A stretch of DNA of 64,000 nt from Limisphaerales bacterium (lineage in GTDB: Bacteria > Verrucomicrobiota > Verrucomicrobiia > Limisphaerales > UBA11358): positions 3,944 to 67,943 of the forward strand of contig PLAY01000152.1 of assembly GCA_003134375.1 (NCBI GenBank), read 5' to 3'. The first letter of the stretch is position 1. Each line of letters starts with the position of its first letter. This document shows positions 46,537-54,760 of the stretch, piece after piece. The translations under genes and the position numbers were made by a program. The notes beneath the pieces were generated by a model. That model had not been told where the DNA came from. It ran no database searches and saw nothing but the letters and a program-made list of their open reading frames with translations.

Positions 46537-46720
46537 TTACTTCGCCGTTACGACGACGTAATTCTTTTTGCCACTGCGCAACAGCAGGTGCTTGCCGGAA
46601 AGCAAATCGTTCGATACGACTGCGCGCGTGGCGCTGGCTTCACGAATGGCGAGGCCTTCATGATATGAGAAGGCCTGCGCTTGTCCGATCGCTTGGGCAA
46701 ACCTCCGGTCGTTGAATTGA
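46537..46720 (-). pseudogene. decayed, inverted copy of the tyrS 3' end (about 55-60 codons of the S4 domain)
   Basis: The minus strand reads ...GQAQAFSYHEGLAIREASATRAVVSNDLLSGKHLLLRSGKKNYVVVTAK*. The last ~33 nt of coding sequence are almost identical to native tyrS (ggcaaaaagaattacgtcgtcgtRacggcgaag). The upstream part is diverged with an indel. The ORF's ATG at 46764 lies inside the neighbouring GT gene. Confidence 0.7.
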
Positions 46721-46724
46721 TTTT

Positions 46725-47633
46725 TCAAACTTTGGACAAGCACTGGACAAATTCTTTTTGCCAATCAATGCCGGGCGCTTCCAATCCGGCACTCATGTGA
46801 GTTGCAATGGACGGACTGGGCGTCCACAAAGTATAACGCTCCCCAAATAAAATCTGCCGCCACCGAAAAATCCACGCCAGAACCATGCAGGCGGCCCAGT
46901 AACGATACTTGACCAAAGACTTTAGAAACATCGGCAGGCTGAAGATTCCCGTTTTAGTTAGAGCCAGCCAATGTGCCGTGTCTGTATCGCTCCCCCAAAA
47001 CTTATAACTACCCCAAAAGGTGGCGCGGAATACATGCCGGCACTTTTGGAGCGTGGCTTTTCGGGTCAGGAAAGAGTGGGTCGTTGTGGCTCTTGAATAC
47101 CAGGAAATTCCCCCGCTTTTTCGCGCCTTCGCCCGCGGCAACGATTGTTGAAAAGGGACAACATAATTATCGGAATGGTCATAAAGAGAAACGAAGCTCG
47201 CGTCAGGATTGCTTCGCAAAAATTCAACCGCTGACTGAAACTTGCCGGGAAGATAAAAATAATCGTCTTCAGCCAGAAACACCAAATCGGCGTCGGTCTG
47301 CGTGGTCAAAATATCAATCTGTTTTTGCAAGCTTCGCGGATTGCCAATTCTGCCGACGTTCAAGATCACCAAATCTTCCTGCGGCCAAACCTTTTCGAAC
47401 ATTTGCTCGTATTCAGGCGGCCCGGTCAGGACGACCCACATTTTAGCACGCAAATTACCGAGGCTCGCCTTGAGCGATTTCAAACAAAGTTCGACCAGCT
47501 TTAACTTGTCTTCGGCGAAAATCGGCGGCTTGCTCATTGAAGGCATCGAACAAACTCGACAAGCAATCGCAATGTCGTATTTGGCGGTTGCTGGCATGGC
47601 TTCGATTTGACGGGCGGTATTGGGGTGATGCAT
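46725..47633 (-). CDS. putative glycosyltransferase (GT-A-like, DxD), low GC
   Basis: 302 aa. DLVFLAEDDYFY is a DxD-type motif. Sampled lines are about 40-42% GC. The family assignment is weak. Confidence 0.55.
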   Translation of the reverse strand: MHHPNTARQIEAMPATAKYDIAIACRVCSMPSMSKPPIFAEDKLKLVELCLKSLKASLGNLRAKMWVVLTGPPEYEQMFEKVWPQEDLVILNVGRIGNPRSLQKQIDILTTQTDADLVFLAEDDYFYLPGKFQSAVEFLRSNPDASFVSLYDHSDNYVVPFQQSLPRAKARKSGGISWYSRATTTHSFLTRKATLQKCRHVFRATFWGSYKFWGSDTDTAHWLALTKTGIFSLPMFLKSLVKYRYWAACMVLAWIFRWRQILFGERYTLWTPSPSIATHMSAGLEAPGIDWQKEFVQCLSKV

Positions 47634-47668
47634 GAGGCTGGTTAATTCTAATTTCCCAATTCATTTTG

Positions 47669-48742
47669 TCAACGCGCGTCCACGCGCGGCAGGCCGAATT
47701 GGAACAGACGTTTGATTTCAAACCAGCGATTCAGTTTCAACCGGAAAAAACGCAGCATCCAGAAATCAGAATGTTTTCTGAATGCCGCAACCATTTTTCG
47801 TTGCTGGGCGATATGGCCGCGCAACCGCCAGCAATCACGCAGCACGTCCAGAAAGGTGGTTTTGACGAACGACCAACGCCGCAACAGCAAACTGCCGGCC
47901 AGCGATTCCAAAAACAACAACGCGATGAGCGGAATGACTGGCAACAGCAAAATGTGCTGCCCGTTTTTGAGAAGGGTCAGGATGCAGTTTCGATTGGTGA
48001 GAAACCGCTTTTTGTCCGTCGTGCGAAATTCCACCGTTGCAATGCCGCCGGCCGGGTTGACCCCGGCCGCGCCGCGGTGGTGCAGCCGCGCAGGAACAAC
48101 ACCCGCCGCCTTGTAACCCGCGATCCACAACCGCCAGGAGAGGTCCGCATCGTCCGAGTAGATGAAAAAATCCGCGTCGAACATCCCCACCTGGTTGAAG
48201 ACATCCGCGCGGATCAGGTACGAGCAGCCGCCGGGAATGAAAATTTCGCGTGAAGCGGTCACCGGCGACGACGGGCTGGCAAGCCCGAAGAGGTCAAAGC
48301 CGTAAAACCCAAAGTCCTGATATGAATTGTCTGGATAGTTCAATACATAGGGCGTGGAGGCGATGGCACCGAGTTTTTCGGTGCCCGCAATCAACCGTTC
48401 CATGCAATCCGCTTCCATCCAGGTATCGTTGTTCAGGAACAACAAGTAACGTCCGTGCGCTGCACGCGCCCCGGAATTGTTGCCCTCACAAAAGCCGACA
48501 TTCGCCGAATTCCGCACGATGAGGGCACAGGGAAAATCTGCCAACAACCGCCGTGCCACCGCCACGGAATCGTCGCTGGAATGATTGTCCACCAAGACGG
48601 TCTCGATTTGATTGAGAATCGTTTGCGCCTTGATGGACCCAAAACATTTCGGCAGCCAGTTCGCGCCGTTGCAATTCAACACGACGATGCTGACCAGCGG
48701 CTGGCCATCCATGCGGCCGAAGCGTTCGATGTGGCTTTCCAT
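47669..48742 (-). CDS. family 2 glycosyltransferase
   Basis: Contains PLVSIVVLNCNGANWLPKCFGSIKAQT, VLVDNHSSDDS, and FIYSDDADLSWR. Confidence 0.85.
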   Translation of the reverse strand: MESHIERFGRMDGQPLVSIVVLNCNGANWLPKCFGSIKAQTILNQIETVLVDNHSSDDSVAVARRLLADFPCALIVRNSANVGFCEGNNSGARAAHGRYLLFLNNDTWMEADCMERLIAGTEKLGAIASTPYVLNYPDNSYQDFGFYGFDLFGLASPSSPVTASREIFIPGGCSYLIRADVFNQVGMFDADFFIYSDDADLSWRLWIAGYKAAGVVPARLHHRGAAGVNPAGGIATVEFRTTDKKRFLTNRNCILTLLKNGQHILLLPVIPLIALLFLESLAGSLLLRRWSFVKTTFLDVLRDCWRLRGHIAQQRKMVAAFRKHSDFWMLRFFRLKLNRWFEIKRLFQFGLPRVDAR

Positions 48743-49762
48743 TTATTTCAAAGTTTGTTTCGGCTTCAGCTTGGCGACCAAATTCCGGTCACTGCGCCAG
48801 GTTTTGTAAGTCCACACCCCCCAGGCATCGCCAAGCACGCTGCCGAGACTGGCCGGCACATGCCAGAGCCAGCGCGCATCGCCATCACGAATCCAGCCAC
48901 GCAACGAGTGCCACAGCGGGCCGGCGAAGGTGACGCAATAGACGCCCGCCAGCCAGAGCGGCACAGGCGGTTTTTCCTTCATCCAATTTATTTTTGCCGT
49001 TTCCTGCACGCGAAGAAAATGAACCGTGGCGCGGCGGCGTTTTTGCACGAAGCCCCAGAGCGTCTGGACGTAATAATGATGAACGCCGCGTCCACGGATG
49101 CGCAGCCATTCGCGTTTGCCCTCACGCATGAGATGCAACGCCGCGTGCGTATCCTGAAAATATCCGCCGGTTTTCACGGACTCCAAATCCGCGCGGCGAA
49201 ACACAAATCCGTTGGCCCCGAGCGGATACGAGAGCGAATTACCAGGCAGGATCCAGCGTTCCACCTCACCCTCGCGCGCGACAAGTTTCGGATTCGTGCT
49301 CATCAGCCAGGCAATCGGATCGCTGATGTGCAGCCGGTGCGTGAGGTAGGCGCAGAACGAACTCATTTTCGGCGATGGCAAATAATAACTTTCCACGCCC
49401 AGCGCCTGCGGATTTACGGCGAGCGCTTTTACTGCGAGTTCGATGTAATCGGCGCGGGTGATCTCGTTGTCCGCATCCACAAACACGATGAATTCGCCGG
49501 TGGCGTGCTGAAGCGCAAGGCGTTTGCCTTCCTCCATGTTTTTGCCGTCGTCGTCGAGGACGATGGCGCCATATTTTTTTGCGATTTCGCGCGTGCGGTC
49601 GGTCGAATGCGCGTCGGCCAGCAGAATTTCATAGCGGTCGCATGGATACGTCTGGCGCGCGACGGACGACAGGACGTTGTCCAGCAACGCCTCGACGTTC
49701 AGCGTCGGGATGATGAAACTGACGCGCGGCAGCAGTGTGGGGTTGTCTGTTGGGGACAGCAC
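48743..49762 (-). CDS. family 2 glycosyltransferase
   Basis: Contains PRVSFIIPTLNVEALLDNVLSSVARQTY, ILLADAHSTDRT, and VFVDADNE. It directly abuts the next GT2 gene with no intergenic nucleotide. Confidence 0.85.
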   Translation of the reverse strand: MLSPTDNPTLLPRVSFIIPTLNVEALLDNVLSSVARQTYPCDRYEILLADAHSTDRTREIAKKYGAIVLDDDGKNMEEGKRLALQHATGEFIVFVDADNEITRADYIELAVKALAVNPQALGVESYYLPSPKMSSFCAYLTHRLHISDPIAWLMSTNPKLVAREGEVERWILPGNSLSYPLGANGFVFRRADLESVKTGGYFQDTHAALHLMREGKREWLRIRGRGVHHYYVQTLWGFVQKRRRATVHFLRVQETAKINWMKEKPPVPLWLAGVYCVTFAGPLWHSLRGWIRDGDARWLWHVPASLGSVLGDAWGVWTYKTWRSDRNLVAKLKPKQTLK

Positions 49763-49879
49763 GGCGCAAGTCTAGCCAAAGGCTGTGAACAAGGAAAAGC
49801 TTCTTGTGTCGAAGCGCAAACGAATTCTTACATCGGGATTGAAATTCGCTGCGATGACGGTCGGGGTTAACTCAACGGA

Positions 49880-50740
49880 TCAGGAGTGCGGGTCAAGCAG
49901 TTTTAACAATTCACGGTCCTCGTTGCGGATGGCAATCATGTTGGGGCCGCAAAAGTCCTCGTGCCGGTAGTGATAATTGCGAAACTCGACATAATTAGGA
50001 TACAACTTGCCAAGCCGGTAATCAAAACGGGCAAAAAACTGGTGGGCATCGCGCAACAAAAACTTCGAGATAATGTTTGTTGTGTTGTATTCAAATTGGA
50101 CCAATCGGATGCAATGCCGGGAAAACATGTCTTGAAAACCATGCAAAACAGATTCTTCCATGCCTTCCACGTCAATCTTGAGCACGTCAATAGTCTGAAT
50201 GCCATGTTGCTTGGCGTAATCGTCCCCACGAATGACCTTGGCCCGGATTGGCTTGGATTGTAATGTTTTGTCCCCGAGCACCCTATATGCATCGTCCAAG
50301 TGTTCTTTGAATGCGGTGGTAAGACCATCCGCTGTTTCCGAATAGTAAACATCGATTTCGTCATTCCGGTCCGATACTCCCACAGGGTTGAGGACGACGT
50401 TGGGGAGGTGGCCGGTTTTTTCCTGCAATTTGTGGAAGGTAGGTGGTGCGATCTCAAAAGCATGGATGGTGGCTCCCGGCGAATAGCGCCGGCATAACAA
50501 CAACCACTCTCCAACGTTGGCCCCGACATCAAACACACATTTTATCTCTCCTGCCGGCTTGCCAAGCTGGCGCAGATACCATTCTTCACCATTGGTTCGC
50601 ATGTCGAAATTGCGATTTTCGTAGGCGCGCCAAAGCAGGTAGGACATTTGTCCCGCCCACCGCCATGGCCATCCACGGCGGTGGCGGCAAAACCATCCCG
50701 CGGCCCATTCTTTGATACTGCCTTGATTTTTGCTGGTCAT
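49880..50740 (-). CDS. FkbM family methyltransferase, low GC
   Basis: Contains VFDVGANVGEW and HAFEIAPPTF. Start chosen at ATG 50740 (MTSKNQGSIKEW). The track start at 50863 is possible but overlaps a gene remnant. Sampled lines are about 42-45% GC. Confidence 0.78.
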   Translation of the reverse strand: MTSKNQGSIKEWAAGWFCRHRRGWPWRWAGQMSYLLWRAYENRNFDMRTNGEEWYLRQLGKPAGEIKCVFDVGANVGEWLLLCRRYSPGATIHAFEIAPPTFHKLQEKTGHLPNVVLNPVGVSDRNDEIDVYYSETADGLTTAFKEHLDDAYRVLGDKTLQSKPIRAKVIRGDDYAKQHGIQTIDVLKIDVEGMEESVLHGFQDMFSRHCIRLVQFEYNTTNIISKFLLRDAHQFFARFDYRLGKLYPNYVEFRNYHYRHEDFCGPNMIAIRNEDRELLKLLDPHS

Positions 50741-50859
50741 TGTTTGACTCAATAGTTTGCCCCGTGTCGTTTCAACTGGTTGTTTTGAAACGGAGGCTGA
50801 AAAACATCTTCGCCATGAATCAGAAATGAACCTAGCTGGAAGCACTCCGTCGGGCAAAT

Positions 50860-50979
50860 TCATTTTGAAGAAGCTGCAACTTTTTCGCGCAGATAATTTT
50901 GTCGCACGATGGATGCGAGACAGTTGTCAGGCAATGCCTCGACGTTCAGCGTCGGCAGGATGAAGCTGGTGCGAGGCAA
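50860..50979 (-). pseudogene. N-terminal remnant of a GT2 gene (about 39 codons)
   Basis: The minus strand reads LPRTSFILPTLNVEALPDNCLASIVRQNYLREKVAASSK*. nt 50932-50978 match 49686-49732 (the 5' end of the GT2 at 48743-49762) at about 38/47 positions. There is no ATG, and the frame continues directly from the flippase stop. Confidence 0.55.
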
Positions 50980-51036
50980 ATTTTCCGAACCGGACTGCAG
51001 GGGGTGGGTGTGGCCGAAGGCGGCAACAAAATCAAA

Positions 51037-52290
51037 TCAGCTTTGCGCGACGGGTTTGTCCCGGCGCAGGATGACAAACCAGACGATAAAGAGGATTGCG
51101 AAAGCAGTTCCAGCGGCGGCAAACATGGTTTGCAGCAACGCCGCTGGAGTTTTCCCAAGAACGAGCAGCGCGAGCCAGTAGGCAAGCCCGAGTCCACCAT
51201 AAAGCAGTGAGGTTTTTTGCCAGCGGCTGGCCAGCGCCCAATAGGCGAGTGATTGCAACAGTCCAACGAAGACCATTGTCACCGCAAATGGGCTGACCAT
51301 CTCGGCGGCTTGCGGTGTATATTTGCCGAGAATTTTCAGGAAGAACGCTCGCAGCGCAAAAAGACAGATTGCACCAAAGACCAAGGCGAGGCCGGAAAGC
51401 CCGAATAATTTAAGTTGCTCCGCCACGACGCCACCCGCGCGCTGGGCGGAGCGTGAGGTGAACAATACCATCAGCAGCGGCCAAACGGTCATGGGCAGCG
51501 CGCGCGCCAAAATTCCGGCGGCGGCATAGGCATCGAGTTCTTCTTTGGTGAAAAATTTGTTTGCCACCAGATAGTCGCCTTGAAAAAAACAAAAGTTGCC
51601 GGCCACAAACGCCGCGCTGACGATGAAGTATTGGGCGAACTCGCGGTTCCACGGCGGGACCGGCTCGCCGTGCAGCGACAAATCCTTTCGCCAGAAAAGC
51701 AGGACGAGATTGGCCAGCAGCGCGAAGGCCGAGGCGAGCACGGCGGTTTCCGCCGACGGCCATTTGAAGGTGATGAGCCAGCCGAAACAAACGCGCAGCA
51801 GCATGGCCAGAAATCCGATGAGCGCGAGCCGTTTGAACCAGGCAAGACCCTGGCACAACGCCGTGGCCAGCGAAGCCCACAGGCCCAGGAGCGCGCAGCC
51901 GAGCGTCACCAGCATCAGGCTTTCGTCGTAGTGGAAAAAATCGCTCAACGGCTTGGTGACAATCACCGCCAGCATCGAACCGATAATGGTGAACCGGAAC
52001 AGAAATTTCCGGCAGCCCAGGAGCAGGCCTTGCAGCCGTGCGCTGTCGCCGCTGGCGTTGAAATGCGCGATGTAATGCGTGACGGCAAAGGTGGCCACCG
52101 CTGGCAGCAGACCCAGCAGCGTCATCAACCCCCCCAACGCGCTGTTCGCGTTGCCGTATTGGCCCGGCTCGCTCAAGTGCCGGCCCAGCACGCCTTGAAA
52201 GGCCAGATTGCCCAGCCCGGTGACAAAACTGATGGCGGAGAAAATGATGCCGCTCTGCAACAGATTTCCGGTGCGTGAATCGCTTTTCAT
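51037..52290 (-). CDS. Wzx-like polysaccharide/oligosaccharide flippase (MOP superfamily)
   Basis: Start at ATG 52290 (MKSDSRTGNLLQSGIIFSAISFVTGLGNLAFQGVLGRHL) overlaps the stop of the upstream epimerase (ATGA). It has about 12 hydrophobic segments. The 572-aa track ORF is an upstream extension. Confidence 0.8.
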   Translation of the reverse strand: MKSDSRTGNLLQSGIIFSAISFVTGLGNLAFQGVLGRHLSEPGQYGNANSALGGLMTLLGLLPAVATFAVTHYIAHFNASGDSARLQGLLLGCRKFLFRFTIIGSMLAVIVTKPLSDFFHYDESLMLVTLGCALLGLWASLATALCQGLAWFKRLALIGFLAMLLRVCFGWLITFKWPSAETAVLASAFALLANLVLLFWRKDLSLHGEPVPPWNREFAQYFIVSAAFVAGNFCFFQGDYLVANKFFTKEELDAYAAAGILARALPMTVWPLLMVLFTSRSAQRAGGVVAEQLKLFGLSGLALVFGAICLFALRAFFLKILGKYTPQAAEMVSPFAVTMVFVGLLQSLAYWALASRWQKTSLLYGGLGLAYWLALLVLGKTPAALLQTMFAAAGTAFAILFIVWFVILRRDKPVAQS

Positions 52291-53357
52291 ACGAGCGGCC
52301 GCAGTTCCTTTTCGTGCGCGCGGACCCATCCAAAAACGTCCGTAATGATTTGGGTCACGTCGCGTTTGGGCCGCCAGTTGGTTCGCGCAAATAATTTGGA
52401 ACAATCGGCAAGGAAAATGCGCAGGTCGGCCTGCCGGTTTTTCGGTTCGGCGCCAACCGGCACTTCGCGTCCGACAATTTTCCGGCACGCGGCGGTGAGT
52501 TCCTGGAGCGAAACGGAAACTTCCAGCCCGCCGCCGACATTGCCGAGCCAGCCGTCCCAACGGTCGAAGTCGGAAATTTGTTCCCCGACCAGATCGCAAA
52601 GGTCGGCCACGTGCAGCACGTCCCGGACCTGTTTTCCCTTCCCGCCGTAGCCGATGTACTTGAGCGGTTTGCCGAAAAAATGCCGCAGCACCCAAAGCGC
52701 CACCACGCCCTGGTCCACCTTCCCCATCTGCCATGGCCCGGCGATGACGCTGCAACGATTGATGGCGGTGCGCAGGCCGAATCCGCTGCGGTATTCTTCA
52801 ATCAAGCCTTCGCCGGCGAATTTGGTCAGGCCGTAGAGCGAGCGCGGACCGGTCATCGGACAATCCTCGCTGACGCCGCGTGCGGAGACTGGCGCGTCGG
52901 GCACGTCCGTCCACGCGAAGCGCGCTGGTTGTTCGAGCCACGGATGTTGTTCCAAAATCCCGATGGGATAGACGCGGCTCGTGGAGAAAAACAGGAATTT
53001 GCTTTTCCACAGGCGGGCCTGCTCGAGGCAGCGGTAAGCGCCCATGAAATTGGTCTCCATTAAATAATCCGGCGATTCGCCATAACCCGCCAGCACCGAC
53101 GGTTCGGCGGAGCATTCGAGGATGAATTCAAACGGACCCGCCGGGAACTCGCGCGCGAAACGGATGTCGCCCTTCACGAATTCCACGCCAGCCTCCTGCA
53201 GCCGGGGAACGTTCAACTCCGAGCCGCGCCGGTACAAATTGTCCATGCAGACCATCCGCGTGCGGGGATGGTGGGTCTTGAGATGAAGGGCGAGGCTGCT
53301 GCCGACAAAGCCCGCGCCGCCGGTGATCAAAATGCTTTCTGGAAAGGAAGCCTTCAT
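52287..53357 (-). CDS. NAD-dependent epimerase/dehydratase (CDP-paratose-2-epimerase-like extended SDR)
   Basis: Contains ILITGGAGFVGSSLALHL, NLYRRGSELN, and YGLTKFAGE (YxxxK). 356 aa. Confidence 0.85.
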   Translation of the reverse strand: MKASFPESILITGGAGFVGSSLALHLKTHHPRTRMVCMDNLYRRGSELNVPRLQEAGVEFVKGDIRFAREFPAGPFEFILECSAEPSVLAGYGESPDYLMETNFMGAYRCLEQARLWKSKFLFFSTSRVYPIGILEQHPWLEQPARFAWTDVPDAPVSARGVSEDCPMTGPRSLYGLTKFAGEGLIEEYRSGFGLRTAINRCSVIAGPWQMGKVDQGVVALWVLRHFFGKPLKYIGYGGKGKQVRDVLHVADLCDLVGEQISDFDRWDGWLGNVGGGLEVSVSLQELTAACRKIVGREVPVGAEPKNRQADLRIFLADCSKLFARTNWRPKRDVTQIITDVFGWVRAHEKELRPLV

Positions 53358-53536
53358 TCAAGCGGGATGGACTCGATGAGTTTCCAGCGGTTGGCCGGCG
53401 TGGACGCGCCGTCACCGAAAAACCAGCGGCGCAGGTCATTGTCAATGCCGACCATCCCGAAGCCTTCCTGGGCAAACCGCTTGACGCTTTCTGAACCGAT
53501 CAAGCCGGCAGCGCCGGTTATAATTACAGTGTTCAT
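53354..53536 (-). pseudogene. 60-codon N-terminal fragment of a second epimerase
   Basis: MNTVIITGAAGLIGSESVKRFAQEGFGMVGIDNDLRRWFFGDGASTPANRWKL... contains only the Rossmann beta-alpha-beta start and then stops. The stop overlaps the ATG of the complete epimerase (ATGA). Confidence 0.6.
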
Positions 53537-53695
53537 AAGACAGGCCGCCGCGCATGGATGTTCCGTGTCGGGAGAATAAAACCGACGCGCGGCAATTGCC
53601 GGAAATTGTCCAAATCTAACGACATGACGTGAGTTTAATAAACAACGTTGTCAAATTCAAATCAGCAACACTTGGCACGTATCACACCTGGGACA

Positions 53696-54616
53696 TCAGA
53701 CACTGAGGTCGTCGAGTTTAAATGCCGGCGCGGCGCGCAAAACCGCATCGGTGGCGGGAATGTCCCGCACGTAAATAATGTTTCCCAATGTTTCATTTTC
53801 GACTTGGGATAATCGGCGGGCAAATGGATCATAGCGACACGGAATAAAACCGCATTGACGGATTTGCCGGTGTAAAACCGCTTCATCGAAGCCATAACGC
53901 ACCCCGTTGTTGCCCCGTTCGACAATCATTGCCCGCAATCGCGACTGCCGCAACAGGTTCGTCGCGCCCGAGAACACCTCGGTTTCGAAACCTTCCGTGT
54001 CCACTTTCATCAAATCGGGCGCAGCCTCAGACAACTCTTGGTCCAATGCGATCATCTTCACGGTTGCTGAATTTTTAGCCGTCGTGCCGGGCATCACGTA
54101 GTTTTCCGTCCCAAGGTCGGTGGTCAGTTGGATTGTTCCTTCGCTCTGCCCGACCGCTGCGCGGACAGGTTTTACCCGGTCCTGAAGCCCATTGAGACGG
54201 ACGTTGCGCACGAGCATCTCAAACGTGTCGGGATTCGGCTCAAACGCCCTAACTTCGGCGCCGGCCACCCCTGCCGCCAGGACCGTGAAAACACCCACAT
54301 TCGCACCCACGTCCACGAACAGTTCGCCGGGACGCAGAAAATGCATGACGAATGCCATCTCTTCAAATTCGCACAATCGGGGCGCGATATAATGCGCGGC
54401 GCCTTTCATCCGGGGCGATACGAGCAGGCGGGTGTGGTTGGGGAACTCAACGCAAATGTCTCCCGGGACCAGGCGCGCAGCAGCCTGGATAAAACCATAC
54501 TCCAACACCGCCATTAACTTGCGGCGGTGATTTACCGGATGACGGGCAATGGCACGCAGGGCGCCCAGAATTTTCGTGACGGGATTCATGAAAACGGCTT
54601 CCGAAGCTTGCAGCAA
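53696..54616 (-). CDS. FkbM family methyltransferase
   Basis: Contains FVDVGANVGVFTV and AFEPNPDTF. An alternative start is ATG 54589. Confidence 0.8.
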   Translation of the reverse strand: MLQASEAVFMNPVTKILGALRAIARHPVNHRRKLMAVLEYGFIQAAARLVPGDICVEFPNHTRLLVSPRMKGAAHYIAPRLCEFEEMAFVMHFLRPGELFVDVGANVGVFTVLAAGVAGAEVRAFEPNPDTFEMLVRNVRLNGLQDRVKPVRAAVGQSEGTIQLTTDLGTENYVMPGTTAKNSATVKMIALDQELSEAAPDLMKVDTEGFETEVFSGATNLLRQSRLRAMIVERGNNGVRYGFDEAVLHRQIRQCGFIPCRYDPFARRLSQVENETLGNIIYVRDIPATDAVLRAAPAFKLDDLSV

Positions 54617-54760
54617 CCGGCAAGTGCAGGCAAAGGTAATTTTCGATGTCTGGCAGCCTGGTGGCGCTCGCGATCATGACATTGCCTCTCGAATCCCAGC
54701 CCGGTTCCTCTAAAAGTGCTGGCGGGACACCCCTGTCCGCACTAGACTCCGGCCTCGATC

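Noticed and set aside
46537-46764. 75-aa ORF as a stand-alone S4-domain RNA-binding protein
   Set aside because: Only the last ~22 residues are well conserved relative to TyrS. The rest has lost the basic S4 residues and contains an indel. Its ATG lies inside the neighbouring GT gene. I interpret it as a tyrS 3' remnant.
48455-49870. 471-aa plus-strand ORF, together with similar long antisense ORFs at 19387-20520, 20524-21294, 26223-27059, 34836-35705, 35724-36644, 39398-40105, 40780-41433, 44574-45449, 56661-57389, 57926-58804, 59748-60443 and 61054-61665
   Set aside because: All lie opposite genes with clear family signatures. All have Arg/His/Gly-rich low-complexity translations. I treat them as GC-driven shadow ORFs.
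52291-52755. Upstream 155 codons of the 572-aa flippase ORF
   Set aside because: It overlaps the 3' half of a bona fide epimerase gene in another frame and is Arg/Gly/Pro-rich. ATG 52290 gives a normal Wzx-type N-terminus and an ATGA junction.
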